Origin: Kofleriaceae bacterium
Lineage (GTDB): Bacteria; Myxococcota_A; Polyangia; Haliangiales; Haliangiaceae
Reading direction: 5' to 3'
DNA: 14,869 bases
NCBI GenBank assembly: GCA_046597055.1
Contig: JBKJLC010000117.1
Location: forward strand, 1-14,869
Positions 13,736-14,869 of the stretch are shown here, in pieces. Each line of letters begins with the position of its first letter. Within the stretch, counting starts at the first letter, position 1. The translations under genes were made by a program, and so were the position numbers. Under the pieces are notes generated by a model, which was given only the letters and a program-made list of their open reading frames with translations, was not told the DNA's origin and did not search any database.

Positions 13736-14512
13736 TCACGACGCGGCCTCCTGGTCGGCCTTGCGGCGGGCGAGCACCGCCGCGAGGTGGTCCTCCCACG
13801 ACTCGTTCACGATCGAGGTGAACCGGGACCGCGCATCGATCAGCGCGTCGAGGGCGCGCCCGATCCACTCGACCCTGGGGAGGTCGCGCATCGCGCTGCC
13901 GACCTGGTACTGGGGCGCGACCTCGTCGAGGTCGAACATCGGCACCAGCTTGCGCTCGTACTCCTCGACCGGCCGGTACAGGTCGCGAAGGATCGCCTGG
14001 GGGGCGTTGTCCTTCTGGAGCGCTGCGTCGATGTCGGGCGGCGTCTCGTAGTGACGAGCCTCGGCAGGCGCGTCCTCGTCGTGCATCCGATCGAGGGCGG
14101 CCTGGACGTGGCGCGGGATGATCCGCTCGTCGAGGTGGATCTTGATCTCCGGCCACGGCGGCAGCAGGAGATCTGGCATCGCGTTGTGGCGGTCGAGGAT
14201 CGCGAGCAGCTTGGGATCGGCGTCGGCGGTCAGCCGGGCGCGCCGCGCCAGGTCGGCCTCGGTCTCGCCATCGTCGGGCGCGGACTCCTCGGCGATGACC
14301 GCGGCGCTCGGCCGGTCGAACCAGCTTGCCAGCTGCGCGAGCGTGCTCGGATCGAGCGTCGCGGCGATCTCCTCGCGCGAACGCGACAGCAGGTCCTTGC
14401 CGCGCAGCTCGTCGGGCGCGGCCGCGGCCGCCGGGGCCGGCTGCGCGGTCGGCGCCTCGGCACCGTCGGGGGCGTCCCCGGAGTTGCCTTGGGTGGGGTC
14501 GTCGGGAGCCAT
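13736..14512 (-). CDS. Hypothetical acidic protein (258 aa)
   Basis: Fills the gap between co-oriented neighbours, has GC3-biased codons and protein-like composition; no recognisable motif. Confidence 0.7.
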   Translation of the reverse strand: MAPDDPTQGNSGDAPDGAEAPTAQPAPAAAAAPDELRGKDLLSRSREEIAATLDPSTLAQLASWFDRPSAAVIAEESAPDDGETEADLARRARLTADADPKLLAILDRHNAMPDLLLPPWPEIKIHLDERIIPRHVQAALDRMHDEDAPAEARHYETPPDIDAALQKDNAPQAILRDLYRPVEEYERKLVPMFDLDEVAPQYQVGSAMRDLPRVEWIGRALDALIDARSRFTSIVNESWEDHLAAVLARRKADQEAAS

Positions 14513-14523
14513 CGGTCGCTGCG

Positions 14524-14869
14524 TCAGAGCTGGAGGACGATGATGTAGGCGAGCGCGCCCAACGCGACGCCGATCAGAAGGCTCAGGATCCAGAACATCG
14601 CCGACGCGCCGCCGGCGGTGGGCGCCGGCGCGAAGCCGGCGTGCCCGCCCTGTGGGATCGGTCCGCGCTGCGCCACCGAGACAACGCCCTCGCTGTCCTG
14701 CAGCATCATCGTCTTCTGCGGCTGCGAGCCACCGGGCGGGCTGCCCTGCGGTCGCATGCCCGGGGGGCCGCCCATCCCCGGCGGCATGCCGTGCATGCCC
14801 TGACCTGGCGGCATGCCGTGCATGCCCTGACCTGGCGGCATGCCGTGCATGCCCTGACCTGGCGGCATG
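14524..14869 (-). CDS. 5'-partial CDS: Met/Pro/Gly repeats, KTMML motif, C-terminal TM anchor
   Basis: Frame open to the window edge; ends AMFWILSLLIGVALGALAYIIVLQL-stop, 11 nt before the next ATG. Confidence 0.75.
   Translation of the reverse strand, partial: MPPGQGMHGMPPGQGMHGMPPGQGMHGMPPGMGGPPGMRPQGSPPGGSQPQKTMMLQDSEGVVSVAQRGPIPQGGHAGFAPAPTAGGASAMFWILSLLIGVALGALAYIIVLQL
14780..14869 (-). repeat. Perfect 27-bp coding tandem repeat (at least 3.3 copies) encoding MPPGQGMHG
   Basis: ggcggcatgccgtgcatgccctgacct at 14780, 14807 and 14834 (+ strand), then a partial copy to the window end. Confidence 0.95.

Overview
A very GC-rich window, by gene content most like a myxobacterium (Myxococcota; inference). 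The + strand (1-12205) carries 12 co-oriented, mostly tightly spaced genes. First come five consecutive FHA-domain proteins: a Zn-ribbon-FHA, two paralogous signal peptide-vWA-like-TM-FHA proteins, a TM-Zn-ribbon-FHA and an FHA-low-complexity-coiled-coil protein. Then follow a Ycf46-like AAA+ ATPase, DUF1257/Ycf35-like and DUF2997-like small genes, a DUF4157 (HExxH) protein, a pentapeptide-repeat protein, an unknown protein ending RFSLLELD and a TPR protein. Converging from the - strand are a PP2C Ser/Thr phosphatase, an unknown 258-aa protein and a partial tail-anchored protein with 27-bp repeats. The gap between the two units holds two tandem ~210-bp palindromic REP-doublet/MITE-like elements. 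The best candidate for an undescribed system is a transmembrane phosphothreonine signalling/scaffolding apparatus coupled to a Ycf46/Ycf35/DUF2997 AAA module. Four of the five FHA domains lack the canonical pThr-binding Arg, and five proteins share a (K/A)T(M/Q)x-hydrophobic linker motif. All domain calls are by eye from motifs; no searches were run.
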